A DNA stretch of 64,000 nt. Origin: Stegostoma tigrinum. Its lineage: Eukaryota. Location of the stretch: assembly GCF_030684315.1 (NCBI RefSeq), contig NC_081362.1, positions 96,703,187 through 96,767,186 on the forward strand. Reading direction: 5' to 3'. Below the pieces are notes generated by a model. The model was not told the DNA's origin, made no database searches, and saw only the letters and a list, made by a program, of their open reading frames with translations. A program made the position numbers and the translations under genes. Positions 39,401 through 51,529 of this stretch are shown here, piece by piece; the stretch's first letter is position 1; each line of letters opens with the position of its first letter.

Positions 39401-42400
39401 AGCATCCAGCATGCTTTGGAGTGAAATGTCTCCTCGTCAGAGTAGATGTGACAGAGCCAGAGGAATTGGGAAAATGGGATGGAGTTTTTGCAGGATACAG
39501 GGTAGAAGGAGGTGCAGTCCACGTAGCAATGGAAGTCTGTGAGTTTATAGTAAATGTTAGTCCATAAACTGTCGCCAGAAATGGAAAGAGAGAGAGCAAG
39601 AATGGGAAGGGAGGTGTCTGAGATAGACCAGAGGGCGGGTTGGAAGTTATTGGCGAAGTTGATGAACTGCTCCAGTTCAGCCTGGGCGCAGGATGGAGCA
39701 GCAACGCAGTCATTGATGTAACGGCAGAAGAGTTGGGGAACAGTACTAGAATTCACCAAGTGATCATATGGCATAAACAGAGATTTTATTTAAAACTACA
39801 CCTCCAACCAGCTCCCTGCTGTGTCCCAGAGATAATGGGAACTGCAGATGCTGGAGAATCCAAGATAACAAGATGTAGAGCTGGATGAACACAGCAGGCC
39901 AAGCAGCATCTCCTCTCCTAAGATGCTACTTGGCCTGCTGTGTTCATCCAGCTCTACATCCTGCTGTGTCCCAGCAGCTAGATTCACCCTACAATCCCAG
40001 CAGGAAAGTGGGGCTATTCCTGCCCCCTAACAGCAGCCCCTCACTGAGCAGGAGAGACATAAAGCTCTAACAATTTAATGACACAGTCATTGATTGGGAT
40101 AGTATTGGTGTGAAAGGTGCAGTGTGGGGTTTGAGATTTCTGAGATGGGTCCAAGGGCAGTTCATTGACCAGTGTGTTTCCAATCCAGCAGAGAATGTTG
40201 GAACTTGTTCCTGGGAATAAGGTGGACCTGCAATTGTTACCCATCCCTAAGTGCCCTTCAACTGAGTGGTTCACTCAACCGTTTGAGAGGGAAGTTATAA
40301 ATCCTGTTGATGAGGTCTGGAGTCACATGTAGGCCAGACCAGGTGAGGGCAGCAGATTTTCCTTCTTAGAGGATATTCGTGAAACCGGTGGTTTTTAGGA
40401 CAATATTCATGATCATCACTACTGAGGCTAGTGTAATGAAAGGTTCATAGTCTATGTAAAATTATTTATATTTAATTTTTGAAATTTTCTGTCAACAAAA
40501 GAAGCAAGTGAGTTAGTTGCTTCAGTGACAGGCTTTCAGCTTTAAAGGAAATGATCAGACAGTCCTTCAGGAATAGTGATTAAATCTGCCTTTTGTCAGA
40601 AAGCAGGTGACTGCAGATCCAGCTGGTGTCTTTGGAAAGATGTTTATATTGTTGGCTTGATGTAGGTAAATTGGAGAATTACCAGATTAGCGACAGAATT
40701 AGGCTTGAAATGCTGGGATTGTCTTCTTTGGAGCAAAGAGACTGAGGACAAATTAGATTGAGGTTTGCAGGATTATGAGAGGTTTGGATGCAATGGACAA
40801 AGGAAAAGGTCTTCCTGGTCACTAGTTGTAGGGAGATGCAGATTTAAGATTTTGGATGAGAGAAGCAGGAGGAATTTGAGAAAGAATGTTTATACCCAGC
40901 AAGTAGTAATGACCTTGAACTCTCTACCTGCAAGGTCATAGGGCAGCAAACAATCTTTAGCTTCAAAAGGACAGGAGACTCGCTGAAAGGAAATAAACCT
41001 GTCAGATACAGAGATGAAGCAGCCAAGTGGGACTGACTGAATTACTCCATAAGGAGCGAGCATGGACTCAATGAGGTAAGTGGCATCGTTTTGTGTTGTA
41101 AATACCTCCATGACACTGATGCCAACCACCTTTGGATTTTCTCGGAATAGCGTGTAGCATTCTCTTGCCTTCCTTCGCTCCCTAATCCAAGTGGACTATC
41201 TCGGAGCCCATATGACCTGATTCCACTGTTTCCTACTCTCCCTTCTCCCACAACACCACACTGCAGGCCCACCTTGGAGGGATGTTGATGCTCTCTGAGC
41301 AGTGGACCCTCTTGCCTTCCATCTGTTTGCTTGTGGCTCTCACATTCTCCCTCTCCTGCTCTTGGAGGCGCGGTGACTTCCGGCTCTCAGCCAATCGGAT
41401 GTCTTCAATTTTCCTCAGCGAGCGTAGGTCCAGCTCCTCCACGTAGACCAGGACCTCATTGTCCAGGTGATTGTGCTGCTCGACTAGGCCCATGTACTCC
41501 CGCCCACTGTGGGTCAGATAAACCTGGGACAAGAAACCAACACTGTCAACTGGAGTGGGTGTCTCAGCTAAATCACCCGTTCAATCAATCCTGGCACACA
41601 ACACTCGGCAGAAACCAAACTCCGCACCTTCTCTGCTCAATTTCTCCCATACGTAAGGACAAGTGTAAGCCATTTAGCCCTAAAAGTCTGCCCCACCATT
41701 CAATAGGACCTTTGTCAATTCCACTCTAACCTAGTCTAAAATAAATTTGTATTCCCTGCCTCCACTAGCTTCTGTGGATGGGAGTATAACAACTCTTAGG
41801 AAGAATATTTCACATCTCTATCTCACAGGGAAAGTCCCTTATCCTTGAGTAGGCAGCATGGTGGCTCAGTGGTGAACACTACTATCTCACAGCACGAGAG
41901 ATCAGAGTTCAATTCTACTCTCAGGTGACGGTCTGTGTGGAGTTTACACATTCTCTCCATGTTTGTGTGGTCTTCTGCTGGGTGCTCCAATTTCCTCCTA
42001 CAGTCCAAAGATATACAGGATTAACCATGCTGAACTGCCCAAAGTGTCCAGGGATGTGCAGGCTAAGTGGATTAGCCATGAGAATTGTAGGGATAGGGTG
42101 GAAAGGTAAGAGGAACTGCAGAAGCTGGAGAATCTGAGATAACAAGGTGTCGAGCTGAATGAACACAGCAGGCCAAGCAGCATCAGAGGAACAGGAAGAC
42201 TGACGTTCTAGGCTGGAAAAGTCAACTTTCCTGTTCCTCTGATGCAGCTTAGCCTGCTGCGTTCATCCAGGCCTACACCTTATTATCTAGGGATAGGGTG
42301 GGATGCTTTTCAGAGGGTTGGTGCAGACATGATAGGCCAAGTGGTGTCTGGCTGCACTATAGGGATTCTAAATTATATCCCCTATACTTAGTCTCCCCTA

Positions 42401-42987
42401 CAAGAGGAAGCATCTTCTAGGCATCCATCATATTCTGTCCCCTCAGGATCTGTTACTTGACAGTAAGCTCACCTCTCGTTCTAAACTCCAATGGATAGAG
42501 CTCTAACTGGTTTAGCCAGTCTTCATGTGTTAACTCTTTCAGCCCTGGATGGGGTTGAGGGGACTGTCTCTGAAGTGGGAGTGAGCCACATCAGAAGAAT
42601 TCACTGGAGATGTAGAAAGGGAAAAGTTATCCTTTCCCCCAGGATTCTGCTGCCCCCTCCCCCCGCACCCCGCTACAGGCAGGCATTGAGCTGCCCAGAA
42701 GCACTCCCCCTGCATTCAGCTGCACTTACCTTCTGTCCTGGGTAGAGTTTGAACCGAGAGAGGCTCTGGAACCCTGGTCCGATGATGCTGTCTTCCCTGT
42801 ACTCCTTAAATCGACCATCCTCAAATGACACAGTGTAAGAGGAGTTGCCTTTCCCAGAATCTAGCCTGTATGCTTGGATAACACCAGGAATCAGGATCCC
42901 ATTCCCGGAAGGACTGGGGGTGTGAACAGTGGCGCCAAGCAACGATCGTTTACCCAAACGTCGAGACAACACACTCGCCATTGTCAT
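30315..42987 (-). CDS. ZNF395-like: ZNF395/ZNF704/SLC2A4RG-family C-clamp zinc-finger transcription factor, 8 coding exons, about 460 aa
   Basis: Exons 42730-42987, 41273-41523, 38075-38181, 37298-37485, 33507-33607, 31287-31533, 30522-30640 and 30315-30426 all have GT-AG boundaries and compatible phases (total 1383 nt). Family motifs include [31 protein letters not shown], a C2H2 finger, [14 protein letters not shown] and the C-clamp. Confidence 0.92.
30522..30640 (-). CDS. ZNF395-like: ZNF395-like coding exon 7
   Basis: ctattgcag|[40 protein letters not shown]|gtgagt. Phase 0 to 2 fits both neighbours. Confidence 0.8.
30700..30985. repeat. Intronic (TCACTGA)-based minisatellite with an 83-bp higher-order unit
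   Basis: Roughly 11-bp ctcactgac sub-units; the same block starts at 30747, 30830 and 30913. Confidence 0.9.
31287..31533 (-). CDS. ZNF395-like: ZNF395-like coding exon 6
   Basis: tctaatag|[20 protein letters not shown]...[19 protein letters not shown]|gtacac. Confidence 0.9.
32915..32943 (+). ncRNA. Minimal hammerhead ribozyme motif, second family
   Basis: cac-CTGATGA-agaggcagcactcc-GAAAGCTT-gcg, with a palindromic AAGCTT stem III; stem II is partly degenerate. Confidence 0.5.
33507..33607 (-). CDS. ZNF395-like: ZNF395-like coding exon 5 (C2H2 zinc finger)
   Basis: cccacag|[34 protein letters not shown]|gtagga. Confidence 0.93.
34270..37050 (+). mobile_element. Cluster of CR1 RT/3' fragments in a ZNF395-like intron
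   Basis: [40 protein letters not shown]. Confidence 0.8.
37298..37485 (-). CDS. ZNF395-like: ZNF395-like coding exon 4 (Ser-rich, NLS)
   Basis: gtgtcag|[30 protein letters not shown]...[12 protein letters not shown]|gtgagt. Confidence 0.88.
37745..38060 (-). mobile_element. HE1-like tRNA-derived SINE, full length
   Basis: A-box gtggctcagtgg, B-box ggttcgattcc, CR1-derived 3' end with a (tctaa)n tail; inserted about 15 bp from a splice donor. Confidence 0.88.
38075..38181 (-). CDS. ZNF395-like: ZNF395-like coding exon 3 (CR1 motif with NES-like segment)
   Basis: cattcag|[37 protein letters not shown]|gttaga. Not in the ORF track. Confidence 0.9.
38700..39760 (-). mobile_element. Penelope-like element fragment (RT YxDD region to GIY-YIG)
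   Basis: [10 protein letters not shown]..., [25 protein letters not shown]. Confidence 0.82.
39830..39959. mobile_element. Fold-back Penelope-derived mini-element with 15-bp TSD
   Basis: Palindromic agctggatgaacacagcaggccaag...cttggcctgctgtgttcatccagct; TSD cctgctgtgtcccag at 39815-39829 and 39960-39974. Confidence 0.85.
41273..41523 (-). CDS. ZNF395-like: ZNF395-like coding exon 2 (DUF4772 region)
   Basis: cccag|[53 protein letters not shown]...SINIPPR|gtgggc, phase 0 to 2. Confidence 0.9.
42102..42287. mobile_element. Fold-back Penelope-derived mini-element inserted in a SINE, 14-bp TSD
   Basis: TSD tagggatagggtgg at 42088-42101 and 42288-42301; inverted arms. Confidence 0.85.
42730..42987 (-). 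CDS. ZNF395-like: ZNF395-like coding exon 1 (start codon)
   Basis: ctgtacag|ATG ACA ATG GCG; [24 protein letters not shown]...[20 protein letters not shown]|gtaagt, phase 0. Confidence 0.92.
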
Positions 42988-43639
42988 CTGTACAGAAGGT
43001 AACAAACACAGGGTCCAACATCACATACAAAACTGGCAGCTAATCCCTGCTAACTGAACGCCCACTGGGAGCTGGAAACACCCATTCACTGTCTACCAAT
43101 CCCTCGCCATTAACCATCCAACAGTCATGATCATCATCAAACTCCTCACCATCATGACCAACGTGACAATATTCACTCAATATTTTACTCAAACGCTCAG
43201 GGGAAGCCTGGGATAGAGGAGCTACAGACTCAAACATTGTGAGTGAGACAAATCCAGGTCTAATAATCCAGACAGTGAGAGTCTGAGTCCCACCCAAAAC
43301 AATCTGAACTTAAGATTCAAGCACCTTCACATTGGATTTGGTCAAAATGGACAAGAAATCTCTGGTCTAGCACCGAACCCGGGAGTGACCCTGAGCCCAG
43401 TCAGGAACCCAACTAGAACCCAATCCAAGTCAACACACATGGACACAAGGCGGTGGAGTAGAAGGACAGCCACAGAGGAAACTTTTCCCTCACTCCCCAA
43501 GCACCTGGGAAAACAAGGAGGAGGAGAAACTACTCCTTGGAGGCAGGGGCGGGCACAGACATCTGTCCCTCTGTGGGTAAGGTGGTAGCACCATTTATGG
43601 ACCTTTGTTTTGGGGAGTGTCCCTTGAACCACAGAATTA

Positions 43640-46600
43640 TTGCAGTGTGAAGAAGGCTATTTGGTCCATTATGCTTGTTCTGGCTGCATTATTTAGTCTG
43701 GTTCTATTACTTAGTACCAGTCTTCTGCCTTTTCCCCATATTTCTGCACACCATTTCAATCCAAATAACTATCCAATACCCCTCTTGAATGTCTCAATTG
43801 AACATGCCTCTACCACATTTCCAGACAGTGCACTCTCTTCCCTAACAACACGCTGAGTGAGAAAGTTTATTTCTCACATCACATTTGTTTTTGTTTTATA
43901 CTTCGCTTTAAATGTAAGTGCTCTCATTTTTAATCCTTTAATGAGCGGGAACAATTTCTCCCGATCCACAGTATCCAGCTCACCCATGATTCCGAAAACT
44001 TCTTTCAGATTTCCTCTCAGCCTCCTCCCCAAGGAGAACTCCCAACTTCTTTAATTTGTCCCCATCACTGAAGTTTCTCATTCCTGGATCATGAGCTTGA
44101 GCCTCTGAATAACTTAGCCCAGTGACATCACAGCAACATTTCCCTATCTTTATACTCCACTCCTTCAGCAAAAAATGCCAAAAGTTCCATTTGCATTCTT
44201 TATTACTTGTTATAAATTAGTTTGCTTTGATTCACGCACAAGGACACCAAGATTCCTCTGCTCTGAAGTCTGTTTCCATTATATAATAAGTTGCTTCTCT
44301 GTTCCACATTAAACATTATCCACATTAAACTTCTTCTGCCAAATGTTGGCGCATTCACCCAACCTGCCTACTTCCATTTGTAATTTCTTAACCCTTCATT
44401 ACAACCTACTGTTCAACCTACTTCAGTGCCATCTGCAAATTTGGCTATATTATTTTCTAATCCTGTATCCTAGTCATTGATATCGATTGTAAATAGTTGG
44501 GGCCTGGGCTCTGCACGTTGCAGTACCCCACCAGTTACATTTTGCCAACCAGAAAAAAAGATGCATTTACGCCACCTCTCAGTTTGCCGTTAGTTAGCTA
44601 ATCTGCTATCCAACTTAATAAATTACCCCAACCTCATGTGATTATACCTCGTGTATTAACCTTTTGTGTGACACTTTATCAAATGCCTTCCGGAAATCTA
44701 GATACACTATATCTACAGGATCCCCATTATCCACATTGGCTTGTTACATCTTCAAAGAACTCTCATAAATTAGTCAAAAATGGCTCACCCTTCAGAAAAC
44801 CATGCTGACACTGCTGTATTGTATTTTGACTTTCCAAATATCCTGTTATCACTTCCTTAATAATGGTTTCTAACTTTTTCCTGATGATATGTTAAACTAA
44901 CTGCTCTATAGTTCCCCACTTTCTGTCTGTCCCCACTTTTTTGAACAAGGACATTATATTCACATTTTTCCAATCCACAAGAACCTTTCCTGCAAGTAGA
45001 GATCTTTGGAATATTATAACCAATAGCCAATAGAGCAATCATCTCTACTGCCACTTCCTATAAGAACATGGGATATAGGCCATCAGGCCATGGGAACTTA
45101 TTCACCTTCAATCCCAATATTTTTCTTTGTTCTTTCATTCCCTGGTGATGATAATTGTTCTAAGTTCCTTTTTTTCTATAATCTCTACTTAGTGTCCTCC
45201 ACTATGAAAACTGAAGTAAAATATTGATTTAATCACTCTGCCATTAATGTGTTTCCCACAATAATCTACCTAGCCTATTCCTCCAAGAGACCAACATTCA
45301 CTTTATCTACTCATTTCCCTCATCAATTTTGAGAAGCTTTTGCTTTCCGATCTTGTATTTTTCACTGGTTTTCTTTCATAATTTATCTTTATTTGTTTCA
45401 TGACTTTTTAGTAACCCTTTGTTGATCTTTAAAACATCCAATCTTCCTCCCTGCCTCTTGCTTTTGCAATCTGGTATGGCTTTGTTCTTAAATCTTAGAA
45501 CCTCTACAGTGTGGAAGCAGGCCCTTCAGCCCAACAAGTCCACACCAACCCTCAGCACATCCCACCCAGACCCATCCCCTCATAATCCATCTAATCTACA
45601 CGTCCCTGAACACTACGGGGAATAGCGTGGCCAATCCACCTAGCCTGCACATCTTTGGACTGTGGGAGGAAACCAGAGGAAACCCACACAAACACAGGGA
45701 GTATGTGCAAACTCCACACAGACAGTTGCCTGAAGGTGGAATCGAACTTCGATCCCTGGCACTGTGAGGCAGTAATGCTAACCACTGAGCAACCGTGCTG
45801 CCGAGAAACTTGGATCCACCCCGGCAGAAAACTGAACCCTAGTCTCCCATGTAATAGGTAGGGATATTATCCACTATGCTACTGAGTACCAAATAGTTTG
45901 CATTAATATTATCTTTCATGTCCTTGCTTACCCATGGATGATTTATTCCTCTCTTACAATCTTCTTTCCTTTATGGAATATATTTTAGTTGGGGGCAATT
46001 ATTTCCTTAAACATCTGTCACTTCTCATCAACTGTGTCCCACAACAGTGGCTCAGTGGTTAGCACTGCTGCCACATAGCACATAAGCCCAGGATTTGGGG
46101 TCTGTGTGGACTTTGCATAGTTTCCCGATGTCTGCATGGGTTTCTTCTGGGAGCTCCAGTTTCGTCCCACAGTCCAAAGACGTACAAGTTAGGTGGACTG
46201 GCGAAGGGGAATTGTCCCAATGTGTGAGCTAGGTGGGTTAGCCATAGTAAATGTGGGATAATGAGGATAAGGGAGAGGGTCTGGGTGGGATGTTCTTTGG
46301 AGGATCGGTGCAGACTTGATGGGCTGAATGGCCTCTATCTGCACTGTATGGATTCTATGAAGAATAAAAAGATTACAATTCCTTATTCTTGTCTTCCCAC
46401 CCAGTCTACTACAGCCAGATCCGTCCTCGTGTCTATGTTTTGTTTAACTCCAGAACAGTAGTGAGGGATTCCAGTTTCTCATCCTCCAACTGGTTTAGAA
46501 ATTCTAGCAGGTATGATCACTCTTCTCTAGAAGATCTTTTACTTTGAGATCGTTAATTAATCACACCTCATTGCGCGATACCAAATCTAGAATAGCCTGC

Positions 46601-47600
46601 TCTCCAGTTGGTCCCACAACATATGGTCCAAGAAACAATCTCAAATACATTGAATTCTCTCTTGCAGATACTCTTGCCAAGTTGATTAATCCATGCTGTA
46701 TGTATGCAGATACAAAAATCCTGTAATCATTGCTGTACTGGTCCTACAGGCCCCCAGTATTTCCAGGCTTATACAATAACCCACTGTAGGTGAAACTCAG
46801 TCACGATTTTAAGGAGCATCTTTTAAGGAAAGACAAAAAAGTCAGACGTGGAATGTTTTCTGAAGGGAATTCCAAGCCTGAAGGCAGAGCAATGATGTTA
46901 GAGTGAGGGAAGGGGGGAAATTGTGCATGGGGGCAAATCGGAGAACATAGAACATAGAACTGTACAGCACAGGAATGGGCCCTTCAGCCCATGATGTTGT
47001 GCCAAACATGATGGCAAATGAAACTAATTCTTTCTACCTGTTCTTGGCCTATATCCCTCCATTTCTTGCATATTCACATGCTTATCTGAAAACCCTTTGA
47101 ATGCCTCTATCATATGAGCCTCTACCACCATCCCTGCCAATCTGTTCCAGATTCTAACAACTCTCTGTGTAAAAAAACTTGTCTCTCACATCTCCTTTGA
47201 ACTTTCCCCCTCTAACTTTAAATGCGTGCTCTCGAGTATTAGACATTTCAACTCTGGGAAAAATATTCTGACTGTCAACCCTATGTATCTCATAATTTTA
47301 TAGGCTTCTATCAAGTCTCCCCTCAGCCTCTGCTGTGCCATAGAAAACAAACTGAGTTTTTTCTAGCCTCTCCGTACAGTTCATACCCTCTAATGCAGGC
47401 AGCATCCTGATAAGCCATTTCTGCACCCTCTCCAAAGCCTCCAGATCCTTCCTGTAATGTGGCAACCAGAACTGAACACAGTACTCTAAGTGTGGCCTAA
47501 CCATTGTTTATAAAGCTGCAACATGACATCCTGACTGCTGTACTCAATCACCTGACCAATAAATTCAAGCAAACCATACACCTTCTTTACCACCTTGTCT
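43640..47600 (-). mobile_element. Decayed CR1 elements with nested SINEs in the first intron
   Basis: GNYRAVSLT, MVRPHLEYCVQFWLPHYRKD and 3' tails. Confidence 0.8.
45500..45805 (-). mobile_element. HE1-like SINE
   Basis: Same family as 37745-38060. Further copies at about 24160-24470 (-), 41850-42370 (+), 46045-46360 (+), 50725-50990 (+) and 61225-61300 (+). Confidence 0.85.
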
Positions 47601-48999
47601 ATTTGCATGGCCATGGAGGGGAAGCAATGATATTGGAGGAAATGACAGTGATAGAAAGGAGGCGAGAGCATGGGGATGGTTTGAGATTGAGGGTGAGGTG
47701 TTGCTGGTCCTGTGTTAAGTGAGCGATTTACAGGGAGAGATTGGGAAACAGGACTTCATGTCAGAGCTAGGACACAGCAGAGATTGTGATAAGCACCGGT
47801 TTTTTGAGGGTGAAATCAGAGTTATTATCAGAGAGACCATTCACCCCAGCATACATGTACTAGCAGGAGGGTGGGCAGGAAATAATTGGGAAGAGAATGA
47901 TGCTGTTGGAATGACTCCAAAACAGACAATTATGCAATAACAAAATTTAACTAAGGCTCAAAACTGTAAAGAGTCCACTCAGTCTTTGGATCCTGATCCC
48001 TTTAAGCCTCAGAATCGACTTCACAGCCGCCATATTAAACTCGCAACTCCAGAGGAAAATTTCCAATGGAATGTCCTTTCAATGAAATTCCTGCTCGCAT
48101 CCCCTCCTCCACACTCCTCAACGAGGCCCTCTTGGCCCCTCCCACAGGGCACCCACGCCTTGGACCCTCCCCAAGGCCCAGGGTCCTCGCTTCCTCCAGC
48201 CTCTGGATGCTGGTCATTTGACCCAGAGTTCTCCTTCCGTCTCTATCTCGAACCTTGACCGTCCTTCAGGCAAAACCTGTTAATGTTTCCTAAATGTTCA
48301 TCGACACAACGTTATCAGAAAGAGTACAGCCACCTCCTCTTCATTCTCACTTCTAATATACCACTTTTTCACATGTTTCGTGGTCAGCATTTATTGCCCA
48401 TCCCCCATTACCCAGAGGGGCAGTTAAGAGTACAACCACATTGCTGTGGGTCTGGAGTCACATGCAGGCCAGACCAGGTAAGGATGGCAGTTTCCTTACC
48501 TGAAGGACATTAGTGAACCAGATTTGCTGACAATCAACAGCAGTTGTATGGTCATCAATGGACTCTGTAACTCCAGATTTTTTATCAAATTCATATTCCG
48601 CCACCTGCCGTGGTGGGGTTTAAACCTGGGTGCCCACGGTCTCTGGATGAACAATCCCGTGGTAGTGTCGTAGGTCATCACCTCCAGGTAATCCAGTTGA
48701 TTGCATCATTTGAATTCAGCAACAAAAAACCTTGCCTTTCCACAAGTTTGCTGTGTGCATGAATTAGTGTGTCCGAGTATGAGGGTGTAACTCACTCAGA
48801 GATAGTGAGAACTCCCAATGGGGCGTTCCTCCAGCTCCACGCTGTGTTATCTCTGAGCGTGAGGATATGTGAGTCTGTGTGAGATTGTGTTCAGTGCTAG
48901 GGGTGTCTGTTGGGGGAAGAGGGTATCTGGGGGAGGGGGAGCTTTGTGCGAGGGTATGGCGGGGGTATGGGGGCGGTGGGTTATTTGATCTTAGCAACG

Positions 49000-50600
49000 C
49001 CTGGCCCCGGGAAGGGATATTCACTGACAATGGAGCTGAGCGCTGCCGATAGGCATTGAGCGGGAACCGGGAGCGATATTGGATGGTGGCGATTACAGGT
49101 GAAATGTAGAAGGTTCAGGGTCACACAGAGAGAGACGGAGAGAGCACAGTGTAACCTCCCAGAAACAGTTCCTTGCTGACCTTTCGGGAATAAATGGGTT
49201 CAGGATGAATTTACCTGAATCCAAGCTGCAGCATCGACCCCGGAACAGCCTGGGTCCCGCTCCTGGCCCGAGTCAAAACCTGCTTCACTGCAGCTCCTAT
49301 CCCGGTCCGCCAGGGTTCTCTACCGCTTCTCTCCCGGTCTGTATCCTTGTCTGTCCAGGTCCTATCCTGGCCGTATCCTGTTTGATTTCAGGTTCTATCC
49401 CAGTCTTTTTCCGGTCCTTTCAGGGTCCAGTCCTGCTTTATCCCGCTCTATCCCGGTGCTGTCCCGGTCCTATCCCGGTGCGATCCCACTCTATACCGGT
49501 GCGATCCCGCTCTATCCCTGTTCTATCCCGGTCCAATCCTGCCCTGAACGGTTTTATCCCGGCCCTAACCCGCTTTATCCCAGTCCTATCCCGATGCTGT
49601 CCCGTGCTTTCCCGCTCTATTCCGGTGCGATCCCGCTCTATCTCGATGTAATCCCGCTGAATCCCAGTCCTATGCCGGTGCGATCCCCCTCTATCCCGGT
49701 GCTGTCCCGGTCCTATCCCGGTGCGATCCCGCTCTATCCCGGTGCTGTCCCGGTGCGATCCCACTCTATCCCGGTGCGATCCCGGTGCTGTCCCGGTCCT
49801 ATCCCGGTGCGATCCCGCTCTATCCCGGTGCTGTCCCGGTCCTATCCCGGTGCGATCCCACTCTATCCCGGTGCTGTCCCGGTCCTATCCCGGTGCGACC
49901 CCGCTCTATCCCGGTGCGATCCCCCTCTATCCCGGTGCTGTCCCGGTCCTATCCCGGTGCGATCCCACTCTATCCCGGTGCTGTCCCGGTCCTATCCCGG
50001 TGCGACCCCGCTCTATCCCGGTGCGATCCCACTCTATCGCTGTGCTGTCCCGGTCCTATCCCGGTGCGATCCCGCTCTATCCCGGTGCTGTCCCGGTCCT
50101 ATTCCGGTGCGATCCCACTCTATCGCGGTGCTGTCCCGGTGCGATCCCGCTCTATCCCGGTGCTGTCCCGGTCCTATCCCGGTGCGATCCCGCTCTATCC
50201 CGGTGCTGTCCCGGTCCTATCCCGGTGCGATCCCGCTCTATCCCGGTGCTGTCCCGGTCCTATCCCGGTGCGATCCCGCTCTATCCCGGTGCTGTCCCGG
50301 TCCTATCCCGGTGCGATCCCACTCCGGTTTCGCTTCGATCTGAAAAACCGCGGTTCGCTCGGACCTTTAACTCTGCCCAGATGTGAGGAGAACGTCTGAA
50401 ATCCCGGAACGGATCACCTGGGTAATCCGGATCTGGATCCTGCGCGGTGTTCGACGAGAGACCAGAGAGTCAGACAGCGCGGAAACAGACTACCCCCAAC
50501 CCACCCTCAACCCAATCCCCAGCTTACCCCGTCCCACCCGGGGTGACTGAGTCCTCAGCTGTGTCTGACGTCTGCCCTCCCTCCCTCCCAGAAACAACAG
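49000..50600 (-). promoter_or_regulatory. CpG-rich 5' region / putative promoter and non-coding first exon of the ZNF395-like gene
   Basis: Strong CpG enrichment. Minus-strand donors at cag|gtaaat (exon end 49215) and gg|gtaagc (about 50528). The frame leading into the ATG exon has an upstream stop and no ATG, so the exon would be 5'UTR. Confidence 0.5.
49430..50325. repeat. 43-bp CpG-rich minisatellite built from 10-11 bp sub-units
   Basis: Unit TCCTATCCCGG-TGCGATCCCGC-TCTATCCCGG-TGCTGTCCCGG. It is homogeneous from about 49680 to 50325 and degenerate to the left. Confidence 0.95.
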
Positions 50601-51529
50601 GCATCCATTTGTTCGCACCCACCCCCTTGCCCCTGCCTACATTTTGATGTATTTTGGCTGTAAACCAGGTTGAATCTTATTTTTCACTTTTCCTTGTCCT
50701 CAGACCTACCTGTGCATTATTCTGTCAGTGGCTCAGTGGTTAGCTCTGCTGCCTCACGGGATCCAGGAACCCAGCTTTGATTCCAGCCTCTGTGTGGAGT
50801 TTACACATTCTCCCTGGGTTTGTATGTGTTTCCTCTGGGATTTCCGGTTTCCTCCCACAGTCCAAAGATGTGCAGGCTAGGGTGGATTAACCATGGAAAA
50901 TGCAAGTATGAGGGAGATGCTCTTTGGAGGATTGGTGTGGACTCAGTGGGCTGAATGGCCTGCTTCCACACTGTAAGGACTCTATAACATCTACAGTATA
51001 GCTATTATCACTGCATTTGCCTTCTGTGGAAATTCTATAATCATTAGGGGATTATTTTGACTAGGGTGGGCGCAATGGGCTGAACGGCCTTTATTCAGTG
51101 CTGTGGATGTGTATGACCCTTTGTTTCATTCTAAACTTGCCATTCCACCTCTGCTACTTTCTCCCCTGTGTCAGACCTTTCCTTTTGGCCTTCCCCCTCT
51201 TTGATGGGCATAACACTCCATCCCAATTCTATGCCCTTCCAGTTCAGAAACACAAACTGAATATTTAGAAATTGACATTGGAATTTTGCTGAAGTTTTTC
51301 ATCTTATATTCACCAGTACAATCGGCAAGAAAACCATTTCAAGGGGAAACCAAGAATTACAAATTCTGACCTGTGCACCCACCCCCGCCCAATGCAGAGT
51401 TTCTCTGGTGTTTCCAGTCTTGGTGATCCAGTTCCTTTCTCACTCTCTTCTGCTCCCACTTTGAGAATGGCTGGAAAAATTCACACAAATTAGAAACCAA
51501 ACAGAGTAATTGTTTTAAACATTTAGACC

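Noticed and set aside
48900-48985. G-quadruplex-like G-runs near the ZNF395-like 5' end
   Set aside because: G/C-run tracts are common throughout this window (e.g. 31620-31770, 37130-37290), so this is not distinctive.
49205-50399. Long overlapping ORFs (148-295 aa) in several frames
   Set aside because: Artefact of a stop-free 43-bp minisatellite.
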